Shown here piece by piece: positions 1 through 12,889 of a stretch of DNA of 63,536 nt. The stretch comes from Scyliorhinus canicula (lineage: Eukaryota): contig NC_052171.1 in the NCBI RefSeq assembly GCF_902713615.1, positions 19,751,952 to 19,815,487 on the forward strand, written 5' to 3'. The notes under the pieces were generated by a model. It saw nothing but the letters and a program-made list of their open reading frames with translations, did not search any database and had not been told where the DNA came from. The stretch's first letter is position 1; every line of letters starts with the position of its first letter. Both the position numbers and the translations under genes were made by a program.

Positions 1-54
1 GGGATACCCCTTTGGATTTCAAGTCCAACGCCTTAACTACTCGGCCATCGCAGC
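1..54 (-). tRNA. tRNA-Ser(UGA), 5' 54 nt only (cut by window edge); possibly a variant or pseudo-tRNA
   Basis: Reverse complement GCTGCGATGGCCGAGTAGTTAAGGCGTTGGACTTGAAATCCAAAGGGGTATCCC: Ser-type D-arm, anticodon stem TTGGA/TCCAA around loop CT-TGA-AA, start of the long variable arm. D-loop reads TAG where TGG is usual. Confidence 0.85.
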
Positions 55-72
55 TGTTTGTTTTTGAAAAAC

Positions 73-378
73 AAATCTTTATTATTGTCAGAAGTCGGCT
101 TACATTAACATTGCAATGAAGTTACTGTGAAAAGCCCCTAGTCGCCACATTCCGGCGCCTGTTCGGGTACACAGAGGGAGAATTCAGAATGTCCAATTCA
201 CCGTAACAAGCACGTCTTTCGGGACTTGTGGGAGGAAACCGGAGCACCCGGAGGAAACCCACGCAGACACGGGGAGAACACGCAGACTCCGCACAGACAG
301 TGACCCAAGCCGGGAATCGAACCCGGGACCCTGGAGCTGTGAAGCAACAGTGCTAACCGCTGTGCCACCGTGCCGCCA
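73..378 (-). mobile_element. tRNA-head V-SINE (HE1-like) with 'GAACAGGCGCCGGAATGTGGCGACTAGGGG' tail
   Basis: A/B-box head (TAGCAC...GGTTCGATTCC) plus core GTGGGTTTCCTCCGGGTGCTCCGGTTTCCTCCCAC shared with about 30 copies in the window. Confidence 0.85.
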
Positions 379-794
379 TAGTGAACTAGATGGCTTTTTA
401 GAACAATCAAGTATAGTTGTCACGGTTACCATTTCGACTTTTACTTCCTGATTTTTATTGAATTCAGATTCTGCCTTTGAACTGTTTTATCGGATCTCAG
501 TGTGGTCGGCGGTGTCGAGTTCAAACATTTGGTGTTTTATTCAGTGTGCCTGGTGACTCTGTGTTGTAAATTAGCCCTGGGCGTGGTCACCTTGAGATGG
601 AGAGACTGAACAGAGGTTAGCTGCCCCAAGGAGGTGAGCAGACAGTGTAAATTCAACTCCTGCACACGTAGGAACAGGTGTATCATCTGTGCATATCTCC
701 ATGGCATGAAGAACATCAGGTGGATGGAAAATAGCTGTTCTCCTTAGTTGAAGGGTCAATAACGGCAAGGAGGCAGAATGATACGATGAAAGTA

Positions 795-1060
795 GTAGAC
801 AACGGATGAACGGACATCGCGCGACAATCGCCAGGCAGGAATGTTCCCTTCCAGTCGGGGAACACTTCAGCAGTCAAGGGCATTCAGCCTCTGATCTCCG
901 GGTAAGCGTTCTCCAAGGCGGCCTTCAGGACGCACGACAACGCAGAATTGCCGAACAGAAACTTATAGCCAAGTTCCGCACACATGAGTGCGGCCTCAAC
1001 AGGGATCTTGGATTCATGTCGCATTACATTCACCCCCCACCATCTGGCCTGGGCTTTGCC
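795..1060 (+). mobile_element. Penelope-like element fragment (GIY-YIG endonuclease C-terminus)
   Basis: Translation MNGHRATI...LPVGEHFSSQGHS...RRIAEQKLIAKFRTHECGLNRD fits the PLE GIY-YIG motifs (VxxHF...H...RxxxExxxI...GLN). Confidence 0.8.
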
Positions 1061-1519
1061 TGAAAAAGTCCTGGATTCAAATCCCATCGGAACATTCACA
1101 ATGTAATGGGGCATGTGCTTGAAGAGAATCAAAGTTGAGGGTTGAGCGGAAAACACTGGGATGTGGGACTAAATTGGGCAGTTCTTGCAAAAAGAGACGA
1201 GTTCGCGGAACCGAATGGCCGACTTGTGTCCCTTCCTGAGATGTTCCGACAAGGCAGCACAAGCACAATTGTGTTTCTTTTTCAATTAGTTTCTTGGCAT
1301 TTTCAAAAATTATATACATTGCTGTTGGTTATCATTTATTGTGCTGTCACTCGATTCCTTCTGAGGTTTCTCTATTTACATTCTGTTGCCATCTGGGTCA
1401 GCGTACAATCCTCCCTACCCCCCTCCCCCCCCTCCTCCTCCAGCTCCCCTCTCCTTGACCCACCCCCTCCCTTCCCCCCCTTTTTCACTGCTGTTCCCCA
1501 TTTTTTCCATTGGGTTTTG

Positions 1520-2035
1520 CTACCTCACCTCCATAGGAAGTTTGTAAGCAGCAGGTATCCGAGTTTGTTGCCTTTAGCTAGTTGGAATCTCTGCGTCAGT
1601 TCTTCCAGTGTCGTGACCCCCACCGTCAGTGTATAGGTCCCTGATTGTCAATGCCCCCCCCCCCCCCCCCCCCACTCCACCTTTTGAAGGTGGCATCAGT
1701 CAGTGCTGGTGTGAACCTGTGGTTGTTGCAGATGGGGGCTTTGTCGGACATTCTGGTCAGCCCAAGTTGCTGCCGCAGTTGGTTCCACGTCTGGAGGGTG
1801 GCTTCCACCACCGGGCTGCCGGAGTGTTTCTTGGGCGGGGATGGCAGTACCCCCGTGGCGAGGACCCGGAGAGAGGTCCTCTTGGAGGAGGCCTCCCCCG
1901 CACGCGACCCACTCGGCTTCTGGCTCCTTGATCCATCCCATCGCTCGTTCCGCCATCACTGCCCAGTGGTAGAATTGTAGGTTCGGGAGGGCAAGCCCTC
2001 CCCTGGATTTTGTTTTCTGTAGGGCCTTCTTCTTT
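1520..2035 (-). mobile_element. L1-clade LINE ORF2 fragment
   Basis: KKALQKTKSRGGLALPNLQFYHWA resembles the L1 ORF2 'GGLxLPxxxxYYxA' motif; frameshifted. Confidence 0.7.
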
Positions 2036-2587
2036 GTGATCGTAGAATTCTTTCCCCCCCCCCCCCCCCCCCCCCCCCCCACCGATACAAACGGCAAGAT
2101 TAATTTGGAACACAATGTGTTTGATCTGCAGGGTTCTGTGTACTTAGCTGGTGAAGAGGCCCTCATGTTCAAAAGCAATCTGTTACTCTGCAAACATGTA
2201 TCTCCTGTCGCTTCAATCTGGAGAGGGCTCGGGTTTCTCTGTGGTCGGCTGACATTTAGAAGTGTAATCGGAGGCACTCAGCATTTTCTGCCTCGCTGGA
2301 TGATGACTGCCTGAGAGGCGCAGGTACACAGCTCTTGATGTGACAACAAGGAGCTGGTACATCATTCAGGAGGGGAATGTTTCGCTGGGGAAAATAAAAA
2401 AATCTTTGCCTTGGCCCTCTGGGATCTGACCAAACCCAGAGTTGTTGGACGAGGGACGTGGGGAGGGCAGGGGGATCTTCAGCAACACTATTCTGAAGGA
2501 GAGATGGGCCATTCTCCCCGATATCTTGTCAGACGTTAACCCCATCAACTGAGATTTCGGAAAGCGTTTATTTCCTCATTAGGATGG

Positions 2588-2918
2588 ATAGAATTTACAG
2601 TGCAGAAGGAGGCCATTTGGCCCATCGAGTCTGCACCGGCCCTTGGAAAGAGCACCCTACACCCACGCCTCCACCCTATCCCCGTAACACAGTCACCCCA
2701 CCTATCCTTTGTGGACACTAAGGGGCAATTGATCATGGCCAATCCACCTAACCTGCACATCTTTGGATTGTGTGAGGAAACCGGAGCACCCGGAGGAAAC
2801 CCACACAGACACGGGGAGGATGTGCAGACTCCGCACAGACAGTGACCCAAGTCGGGAATCGAACCTGGGACCCTGGACCTGTGAAGTAACTGTGCTAACC
2901 ACCGCGCTACCGTGCTGC
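2588..2918 (-). mobile_element. V-SINE (HE1-like), 'GAATGGCCTCCTTCTGCACTG' tail type
   Basis: Head plus core shared with the other copies. Confidence 0.85.
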
Positions 2919-4377
2919 CAGGTATCTCCTCGCTTTTTGTGGGATCCTGCTGTGTAAGTGGCGGCCCAGACAAATGGCTGCTGCATTTCCTTCCTTGCAC
3001 CAAAGTTCTTGATTGGCTATGAAGCGCCTCGAGAGGTCGAGAGTCCCCAAAAGGCAGGCTATCGGTGCCGACTGTCTGCTGTCAGGGTGGGTGCAGCTTG
3101 AATCAGAGCCATTCCCTTTCTTTCACACTTCACGAGTGATAGAAGACCACTTTGTCCCTCGCCGTGGGCCATGAGCTTGGCTGAACGTTTGTTGATGTAT
3201 TTTCCCAATCGATTCCTGATAACAGTTGTCAACGCTAATGGAGCAGTGTGGGGATGGGCTATGTTCGAATCTGTGTTTGTTTTGGGACTGCCATTTGCCA
3301 TAATAGGCCTTTAAAGAGTGGATTGTCCCAGTGTTTGTTTGGACAGTTTGGGGAGATAATTCTCAAGCTCATTAAAGGAGACTGAGAGCCAGTTCGGAAG
3401 GAGATGAGTACAGAGATGTGTGCCATTATCCTGAAGCTGGGGAGGGAGGAGCATTGCTGTGGTTGTCACAATGACATTTCACCTTATCAGTACAGCTGTG
3501 ATCTCTGCTGCACTCAATTGCATCAAAAGCTCATTTCCATCCACCAAGCTCAGCTCTGGGCATTTGATTTTAATTGCACAGTGATTGTTTGGTGGAGAGT
3601 GAGTGAGTGTGTCAGGTACAGCAAGGTGCATTCTCTGACCCAAACCTGACAAACACGTGCGTGAGCAATCTACCATTTCACGCCCTGATGAAGGCAAGAT
3701 GGGCCAACTGATCTTCTGCGTCGGATTTACAGGCCATTCAGCCCAGCCCAGTTATGCTGGCCTTCCTCAACCACACCCGTCTTCTCCAAGCCGACTTTCC
3801 TCCATCCAAGTAAGTGGCAAGCCTTCACTGACTGACACACTTTGGCCAGTCCATGAAAGGTGCTCTCTGAAAGCAAGTTCTTTCGTCTCATCCTACCAGC
3901 ACCATTTTTCTATTTGTCCCTCCCTTGTTTGTTTTGTGGGAAGGTCGCTCTGCGGCTGGCCTCAATGATGCTTCCTGCGATGATGGTCGCCCATTCACAT
4001 CACTCAGTGGTTCAGAGTGGCTCCTGCGGGAGGGGTCCTTGAGGGATGTTGTCTAGTACATGGTGCATCCCGCTCTGCTTTTGCACCTGTTGGCAAATCC
4101 GGCCACTCAATGTCCTCCCTTGGATGACTGAAGATAGGATTCCAAATGTAGTCACTGACTAAACCCATTTGAATTATTGGTCTCCCAGCGCAAAAGTAAA
4201 ATATGGAAACAGAGATGCAGATGCAAAAGGACCAGAGCAAAGGTTGTAACAGAGGCAACTCCCAATCGCCCTCCACGAAATAGATGCCTTGACATTCGTT
4301 CATAACTACACACTGAAACCACTGGAGCCTCTTGATAATATCCCAGACATGACTTCCTCCCAGGCATCGGTTATGCT

Positions 4378-4989
4378 GGGCTGGATTCTCCGCGCCCCGC
4401 CCCGCCGGGTCTGAGAATCACTTCGGGGTGGTGGGGAATCCCCCCCCCCCCCCCCACCCCCCTCCCGCCCCGCCGTCTTCCAAAGTCTCCGGCACCAGAG
4501 ATTCGGCAGGGGCGGGAATCGCGCCACGCCTGTCGTCGTCCACCCACCCCCGTGCGATTCTCCGGCCCGCAGAAGTCCCGCTGCATTACTGGCGGGACTG
4601 GGCGGAGCGTGCGGGCTCCGTGGTCCTGGGTGAGAGCACGGGGCGATCTGGCCCCGGGGGGTGCCCCCACGGTGGCCTGGCCCACGATCGAGGGCCGGGC
4701 CTGTGCCGTGGGGGCATTCCCTTACTTCCGTATTGGCCAGAGCCATCACGATGGCTGACGCAGAAGTGACCCCCTCCCCTGCGCATGCGCGGTGTGACGT
4801 CAGCAGCCGCAGACGCTCCGCCGTATGCGCGGACTTCCGCCGGCCGCCAATGACTCCAGCGCGGGTCTAGCCCCTCAAGGAGAAATTTGCAGCTTTCGTG
4901 CGGCCCGATACCGGAGTGGGTCACGCGACTCAATCCTGCCGAGAGCCCCCGCCCCCCGCCACGCCGGGTACGGAGAGAAACCCGGCCCC
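4378..4989. mobile_element. GC/CpG-rich non-autonomous element with imperfect terminal inverted repeats (MITE-like)
   Basis: Left end GGGCTGGATTCTCC; reverse complement of the right end is GGGCCGGGTTTCTCTCC; CpG-rich interior with no credible ORF. Confidence 0.5.
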
Positions 4990-4990
4990 G

Positions 4991-7470
4991 ATATATAAAC
5001 CACCCTGAACCCCTCGATTAGATTCCTGTCTGTAACTCACTCCCGGGTATCTGTTATTCTATATATAAACCACCCCAAACCCCTCGATTAGATTCCAGTC
5101 GGTAACTCACTCCCAGGTATCTGTTATTCTATATATAAACCACCCCGAACCCCTCGATTAGATTCCAGTCTGTAACTCGCTCCCGGGTATCTGTTATTCT
5201 ATATATAAACCACCTCGAACCCCTCGATTAGATTCCAGTCTGTAACTCACTCCCGGGTATCTGTTATTCTATATATAAACCACCCCGAACCCCTCGATTA
5301 GATTCCAGTCTGTAACTCACTCCCAGGTATCTGTTATACTATATATAAACCACCCCAAACCCCTCGATTAGATTCCAGTCTGTAACTCACTCCCAGGTAT
5401 CTGTTATTCTATATATGAACCACCCCGAACCCCTCGATTAGATTCCAGTCTATAACTCACTCCCGGTTATCTGTTATTCTATATATAAACCACCCCGAAC
5501 CCCTCGATTAGATTCCAGTCTGTAACTCTCTCCCGGTATCTGTTATTCTATATATAAACCACCCCGAATCCCTCGATTAGATTCCAGTCTGTAGCTCACT
5601 CCCGGGTATCTGATATTCTATATATAAACCACCCCGAACCCCTCGATTAGATTCCAGACTGTAGCTCACTCCCGGGTATCTGTTATTCTGTATATAAACC
5701 ACTCCAAACCCCTCGATTAGATTCCAGTCCGTAACTCACTCCCAGGTATCTGTTATTCTATATATAAACCACCCCGAACCCCTCGATTAGATTCCAGTCT
5801 GTAACTCACTCCCAGGTATCTGTTATTCTATATAAAAACCACCCTGAACCCCTCGATTAGATTCCAGTCTGTAACTCACTCCCAGGTATCTGTTATTCTA
5901 TATATAAACCACCCCAAACCCCTCGATTAGATTCCAGTCTGTAACTCACTCCCAGGTATCGGTTATTCTATATATAAACCAACCCGAACCCCTTGATTAG
6001 ATTCCAGTCTGTAACTCACTCCCAGGTATCTGTGATTCTATATATAAACCACCCCGAACTCCTCGATTAGATTCCAGTCTGTAACTCACTCCCGGGTATC
6101 TGTTATTCTATATATAAACCACCCTGAACCCCTCGATTAGATTCCAGTCTGTAACTCACTCCCAGGTATCTGTTATTCTATATATAAACCATCTGAACCC
6201 CTCGATTAGATTCCAGTCTGTAACTCACTCCCGGGTATCTGTTATTCTATATATAAACCACCCCGAACCCCTCGATTAGATTCCAGTCTATAACTCACTC
6301 CCGGTTATCTGTTATTCTATATATAAACCACCCCGAAGCCCTCGATTAGGTTCCAGTCTGTAACTCTCTCCCGGTATCTGTTATTCTATATATAATCCAC
6401 CCCGAATCCCTCGATTAGATTCCAGTCTGTAGCTCACTCCCGGGTATCTGTTATTCTATATATAAACCACCCCGAACCCCTCTATTAGATTCCAGACTGT
6501 AGCTCACTCCCGGGTATCTGTTATTCTATATATAAACCACTCCAAACCCCTCGATTAGATTCCAGTCCATAACTCACTCCCAGGTATCTGTTATTCTATA
6601 TATAAACCACCCCGAACCCCTCGATTAGATTCCAGTCTGTAACTCACTCCCGGGTATCTGTTATTCTATATATAAACCATCTGAACCCCTCAATTAGATT
6701 CCAGTCTGTAACTCACTCCCGGGTATCTGTTATTCTATATATAAACCACCCCGAACCCCTCGATTAGATTCCAGTCTGTAGCTCACTCCCGGGTATCTGT
6801 TATTCCAGAAATAAACCACACCTAACCCCTCGATTAATAATCCAGTCTGTAACTCACTCCCAGGTATCTGTTATTCTATATATAAAACACCCCAAACCCC
6901 TCGATTAGATTCCTGTCTGCAACTCACTCCCGGGTATCTGTTATTCTATATATAAACTACCCCGAACCCCTCGATTAGATTCCAGTTTGTAACTCACTCC
7001 CGGGTATCTGTTATTCTATATATAAACCACCCCGAACCCCTCGATTAGATTCCAGTCTGTAACTCTCTCCCAGGTATCTGTTATTCTATACATAAACCAC
7101 CCTGAACCCCTCGATTAGATTCCAGTCTGTAACTCACTCCTGGGTACTGGTATTCTATATATAAACCACCCTGAACCCCTCGATTATATTGCAGTCTGTT
7201 ACTCACTCCCAGGTATCTGTTATTCTATATATAAACCACCCCGAGCCCCTCGATTAGATTCCAGTCTGTAACTCACTCTCCGGTATCTGTTATTCTATAT
7301 ACAGTATAAACCACCCCAAACCCCTCGATTAGATTCCAGTCTGTAACTCACTCCCAGGTATCTGTTATTCTATATATAAACCACCCTGAACCCCTCGATT
7401 AGATTCCAGTCAGTAACTCACTCCCGGGTATCTGTTATTCTATATATAAACCACTGCAAGCCCCTCGATT
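4991..7470. repeat. 70-bp tandem satellite, about 35 copies (array 1)
   Basis: Unit TCCCGGGTATCTGTTATTCTATATATAAACCACCCCGAACCCCTCGATTAGATTCCAGTCTGTAACTCAC repeated with a 70-nt period. Confidence 0.97.
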
Positions 7471-7654
7471 GGAGCGTAGGTCATGACAGGCGGGTGATTT
7501 GCGGGTGGGTGTTGGAATGCCCATGGAACTGCGGATTTTATATGTACGACGCCTGGGGCGCATTTTTAATGCTGACCAATTTTAAAAGACTGCGGCAGTT
7601 ATCCAAATGGTGTCACCATGGGCGGCAATCGTAATTGCTGATGTACAGAGATTT

Positions 7655-7890
7655 TTGGTCTTTTTGTTATTAAAATTTAGAGTACCCAAGTTATTTTTTC
7701 CAATTATGGGGCAATTTAGCGTGGCCAATCCACCTACCCGGCACATCTTTGGGTTGTGGGGGTGAAACCCACGCAGACACGGGGAGAATGTGCAAACTCC
7801 CCACGGACAGTGACCCAGAGCCAGGATCGAACCTGGGACCTCAGCGCCGTGAGGCAGCAGTGCTAACCCACTGCGCCACCGTGCTGCCCC
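7655..7890 (-). mobile_element. Short A-tailed V-SINE subfamily
   Basis: Internally deleted core; flanking direct repeat GTACAGAGAT. Confidence 0.85.
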
Positions 7891-8299
7891 GGCGTACAGA
7901 GATATCAGAACATCAATTTGAAAACTTTCTGTTTTTGAAAACATGAACAGTTTCAATTGTAAGATCTGCCAGCTCTCTTTGAACTGTTAGGTGGTGTGCT
8001 GTGGGGCAATTCCGAAACCCTGCAGGCAAACTTTCTGGCAACTTTATTCAATGATACGCAACGGTGAGATGTTGAGGAAATAATTAGGATCGGAGAAAAC
8101 ATTTTTCATGTCCGTTCTGTCAGAGTAATATGACAACCAGACGAGTTTGTCACTTGTCTGTGGGGCAGTTTTAGTGTTGTCAGCATTCATCAATATTGAT
8201 CAACTTGTTTTTCATATTGTACTTTGAAGTTGAATAAACTTGCATCAAGTCATTAAATTGCGTTTCAGCCAATTATATTGTTTAATTTCACCATCTTCA

Positions 8300-8653
8300 T
8301 GTTTAACATAGAACATAGAACAGTACAGCACAGAACAGGCCCTTCGGCCCTCGATGGTGTGCCGAGCCATGATCACCCTACTCAAACCCACGTATCCACC
8401 CTATACCCGTAACCCAACAACCCCCCCCCTTAACCTTACTTTTATTAGGACACTACGGGCAATTTAGCATGGCCAATCCACCTAACCCGCACATCTTTGG
8501 ACTGTGGGTGGAAACCGGAGCACCCGGAGGGAACCCACGCACACAGGGGGAGGACGTGCAGACTCCGCACAGACAGTGACCCAGCCGGGAATCGAACCTG
8601 GGACCCTGGAGCTGTGTAGCATTTATGCTAACCACCATGCTACCCTGCTGCCC
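8300..8653 (-). mobile_element. V-SINE (HE1-like) with (TTCTATG)n tail, flanked by a 99-bp direct duplication
   Basis: Full head/core/tail; 8201-8299 equals 8654-8752 except for one C/T. Confidence 0.9.
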
Positions 8654-8920
8654 CAACTTGTTTTTCATATTGTACTTTGAAGTTGAATAAACTTGCATCA
8701 AGTCATTAAATTGTGTTTCAGCCAATTATATTGTTTAATTTCACCATCTTCAGATTTGTGGCTGTTTTATTTCCAAGAGCCACTTCTGGCTCTCTCTCAG
8801 TGATACCTGCTCTTTGTTCTCCTCCCTCCACCTCCTTCTCGCCTGGCAGTGTCCCAAGGTGAATGCAGGTTCACAATTATTGCTGGCTCTTCAGTAACGC
8901 TCACTAGTAACTTTGTTCCT

Positions 8921-9147
8921 TGATGCACGATCGATTGCACGAAAGACTCAGATTGGTACAACTGTGGCTTTATTACAGTCAGATGCGTGGCTTTCTGCTG
9001 CAGCTGGAGGAGTGGCTGATCAGGAGGAGGACACAGATATTTATACAGCTCCTACAGGGCGGAGCGAGCCGTCAGGAGCTACCGGTGAAGCTGTAGTGCA
9101 GGTCCTACCGTACATCCCCTAATACAGGAGCACAGTGGTTCACCACA
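8921..9147 (-). mobile_element. Solo LTR (227 bp)
   Basis: Minus strand TGTGGTGAA...GCATCA; 5-bp TSD TTCCT at 8916-8920 and 9148-9152; internal TATAAA and AATAAA on minus. Confidence 0.8.
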
Positions 9148-9171
9148 TTCCTTAATGTGTGACCCTGAACA

Positions 9172-9361
9172 GGGGCTGTTTAGCACAACGCTAAATTGCT
9201 GGCTTTGAAAGCAGACCAAGCAGGCCAGCAGCACGGTTCAATTCCCGTAACAGCCTCCCCGAACAGGCGCCGGAATGTGGCGACTAGGGGCTTTTCACAG
9301 TAACTTCATTTGAAGCCTACTCGTGACAATAAGCGATTTTCATTTTTTCATTTTCATTTCA
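9172..9361 (+). mobile_element. Short tRNA-derived SINE lacking the V-core, with the 'GAACAGGCGCCGG' tail
   Basis: GGGGCTGTTTAGCAC...GGTTCAATTCCCG head; tail shared with 73-378; ends in (TTTCA)n. Confidence 0.8.
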
Positions 9362-9765
9362 GCCGTTACTGACAGGAGGCTATCACAGGACTGTCTGATC
9401 CTGACTGTCGAGATCTACCATGCGGTTCAAGTGCAGTCTCGCACACACTTTAAAACTGGGTAGAAATTTGAGTTACACTTCTCGGATGCGAAGTCAGAAT
9501 CTTTTATTGCTTCTATCGATTACAATTGAGAGAAATCTAAATCTAAATCTAAATCAATAAAGCCTTGCCAGGAAAAGACTTAAAAAGAGAAGTAATTTAT
9601 AAAACAATTTTAGCTTTCAAAAATAACACAGAAATGGTTTCTTGCTGAAGGCAAAGACAGCTTCAAGAGTTTTAGAAGGGAAAATATGAAAATAAGGACG
9701 GCGAATAGTCAAGTAAAAGTGTAGATTGATCCGGATAGAAAATGACTTCCTGAACTTCTATGTTT

Positions 9766-9990
9766 TAAAAAATAAATTTAGATTACCCAATTATTTTTTC
9801 CAATTAAGGGGCAATTTAGCGTGGCCAATCCACCTACTCTGCACATTTTTTGGGTTGTGGGGGTGAGACCCACGCAGACACGGGGAGAATGTGCAAACTC
9901 CACACGGACAGTGACCCAGAGCCGGGATCGAACCCGGGTCCTCGGCGCCGTGAGGCAGCTGTGCTAACCGCTAGGCCACCGTGTTGCCCT
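9766..9990 (-). mobile_element. Short A-tailed V-SINE subfamily
   Basis: 15-bp TSD TGAACTTCTATGTTT at 9751-9765 and 9992-10006. Confidence 0.85.
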
Positions 9991-10250
9991 TTGAACTTCT
10001 ATGTTTAAGGAGAATGTTATCAGTCCAACTCCATCTGTCCCTACCCCTGCAATGTGCTGATTGGCTTGGATGGGTATCAAATACATTTGGTTGTCAATGT
10101 GCAACATATATTCGGATATGTTGCATTTGTAGATGTTCGTGTGTGTTGGAATGTGATATATCCTCCATCAATTCTAGTTTTTGCTGGTTTATTGCTGACT
10201 GTGCTTCTGTCTGAATTCTGAACAATGGTGTGTTCAACAGCAGGTGTTTA

Positions 10251-10590
10251 GGGGCAGCAGGGTAGCATGGTGGTTAGCATCAATGCTTCACAGCTCCAGG
10301 GTCCCAGGTTCGATTCCCGGCTGGGTCACTGTCTGTGTGGAGTCTGCACGTCCTCCCCGTGTGTGCGTGGGTTTCCTCCGGGTGCTCCGGTTTCCTCCCA
10401 CAGTCCAAAGATGTGCGGGTTAGGTGGATTGGCCATGCTAAATTGCCCGTAGTGTCCTAATAAAGTAAGGTTAAGGGGGGGTTGTTGGGTTACGGATATA
10501 GGGTGGATACGTGGGTTTGAGTAGGGTGATCATGGCTCGGCACAACATTGAGGGCCGAAGGGCCTGTTCTGTGCTGTACTGTTCTATGTT
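10251..10590 (+). mobile_element. V-SINE (HE1-like), full length
   Basis: Head, core and CR1-like tail GGGCCGAAGGGCCTGTTCTGTGCTGTACTGTTCTATG. Confidence 0.9.
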
Positions 10591-11058
10591 CATGTCGTCA
10601 TGGCGACCTTGGGTCTGGCTGCTTAGCTTTTGCTATTTAAAACAATGGTCAGTTTGTGATATCAGTAAACATGTTGCATGAGCTCCAGCTAGTTTCTTTG
10701 AATGTTTCAGATCCTGTGTTTTGCCACTGCAAATTCTGCAAGCTGAGTATTTGTAATCTAAATTATGCTTGAAGTTGACTGATGAAATCCATTTTAAAAT
10801 GGATTTAAAACTGGGCTTTCGTTTTTACATTGAAACGGCTAAATCAATTACCCTTTTACCTGTTAGAAATGGACAGTTTCCTTCATTGACCTCGCTCAAA
10901 TGCTGACTCAAATTCAATGCACCAGGGGCTACTGAGTCGTGATTAAGAGCAGCAAAAATTTATTATTTCCTTCCTCCGCCTGTGGTCAGAAAGCTTTTGA
11001 GTCCAGAACGCTGCCTTGACTCAGGATAGACTTGGTCAGCGGACGTGGCGTGGGTCCC

Positions 11059-11348
11059 TGTGGTGAATGTAACATGATAATTCACACTATATCTTTGTAA
11101 GCGCAGTAGCGTTATCCGACCACTAGGGGGAGTAGCTCTGGGAATGCTCCGGAGCTTGTACAGCGCTCCACCCTGGGCTCCGCCCACAACTCCTCCCCCT
11201 AGTGCTGCTGTATAAATGCCCTTGTCCAGAGTCAGCCTGCAGTTCACCTGAGAGTTCATCAACGGGTAACAGGCTGGCTCTGTAGTAAGTAGATTAAAGC
11301 CTATATTCATTTCGGAAACACGTGTCTGGTGAATTGATGGTTCCATCA
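11059..11348 (+). mobile_element. Solo LTR (290 bp)
   Basis: TGTGGTGAA...CCATCA termini; 5-bp TSD GTCCC at 11054-11058 and 11349-11353; TATAAA near 11211 and ATTAAA near 11293. Confidence 0.85.
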
Positions 11349-11413
11349 GTCCCGAAGGCCGGCCAGTTGGTAAACGCGGGACCCGAGGGGAAGGAGCTGT
11401 TTGACCAACAGTA

Positions 11414-11660
11414 GGGCGGCACAGTGGTTAGCACTGCTGCCTCTCAGCTCCAGGGTCCCGGGTTTAATTCCGGCCTCCGGTGACTGTGCAGAGTTTGCAT
11501 TTTCTCCCCGCGTCTGCGTGGGTTTCCTCCGGCTGCTCCCGTTTCCTCCCACAAGTCCAGGTCATGATAAATTGCCCCTGTGTGAACAAAAGGTTAGGTG
11601 GGGTTCCTGGGCAATGGGGAGAGGGTGGAGCTGTGGGCTCAAGTAGGGAGCTCTTTCAAA
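11414..11660 (+). mobile_element. Decayed V-SINE
   Basis: Recognisable head and core with many substitutions. Confidence 0.7.
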
Positions 11661-11762
11661 ACAGAGATTGCGATACTGTGAAAATTGTCGCCTGTCACTC
11701 AGCCAGTGGGGTGAAATAAAATACTCGGGGGCAAGCGGGGGGTCACAAAACAAACCAAGTCT

Positions 11763-11811
11763 TTTATTACAAATGTTGCAGAGAAAATGTCAAATTCGAG
11801 TTTCGTTTATT
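11763..11811 (-). terminator. Candidate polyadenylation signals of nkx3-1
   Basis: AATAAA on minus at 11806-11811 and 11763-11768, 130-180 nt after the stop codon. Confidence 0.5.
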
Positions 11812-11942
11812 TTTGAGACCAGCACAGAAATGGGGTCTTACTCAGCCCCATCCAAATGGGAAGATGAAGAAAACCTCTTCCCTTCGCCAAGGACAAAATA
11901 AATAAATTGCATTGTCCCTTTCCAGCCAATCCAATGCTCAGC

Positions 11943-12401
<459 letters not shown>

Positions 12402-12889
12402 TCATAGGTGAAGGTGCATCCTCACTCCCTCTGATCGACACTCCCCAACTCCTCACTCCCCTTCCATCTACATATACCAGTCAATACGACAATTAAAGTA
12501 TTTCAATTGTTGTAAAAGCCCATCTGAGTCACTAATGTGCTTCGGGGCAAGAAATCTGCCGTCCCTACCCGGCCTGACCTACATGTGACTCCAGGCCCAC
12601 AGCAATGTGGTTGGCTCTTCACGACCCCTTTGAAATGGTCGAGCGACACGCTCGCTTGTATCAAACCGCTAAAAGGTCTGACAGCAATGAGAGCGGACGG
12701 ATCACCCAGTGTCAACACTGGCACCAGAAACAAAATGGAAAATCCAGTCCTGTCGACCTTGAAAGGTTCACCCCCCACCCCCGTACTAACATCTGGGGGC
12801 TAGTGCGTAAATTGGGAAATGTCTCACAGACTAGTCATGTGACATCCACAGCCTGACATGGTTATACTCCCGGAATCATACCTCACAGA

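Noticed and set aside
3685-3710. Other CTGATGA strings as hammerheads (also near 21545 and 44161)
   Set aside because: No stem II followed by GAAA at the right spacing
4991-7470. CRISPR-like appearance of the regular arrays (also 17217-18471 and 19525-20527)
   Set aside because: Units are contiguous near-identical tandem copies with no unique spacers; no cas genes; eukaryotic context
10267-10452. Recurrent Cys-rich peptide 'SQLQGPRFDSRLGHCLCGVCTSSPCVRGFPPGAPVSSHSPK'
   Set aside because: Translation of the SINE head and core, found wherever the SINE occurs; not a gene family
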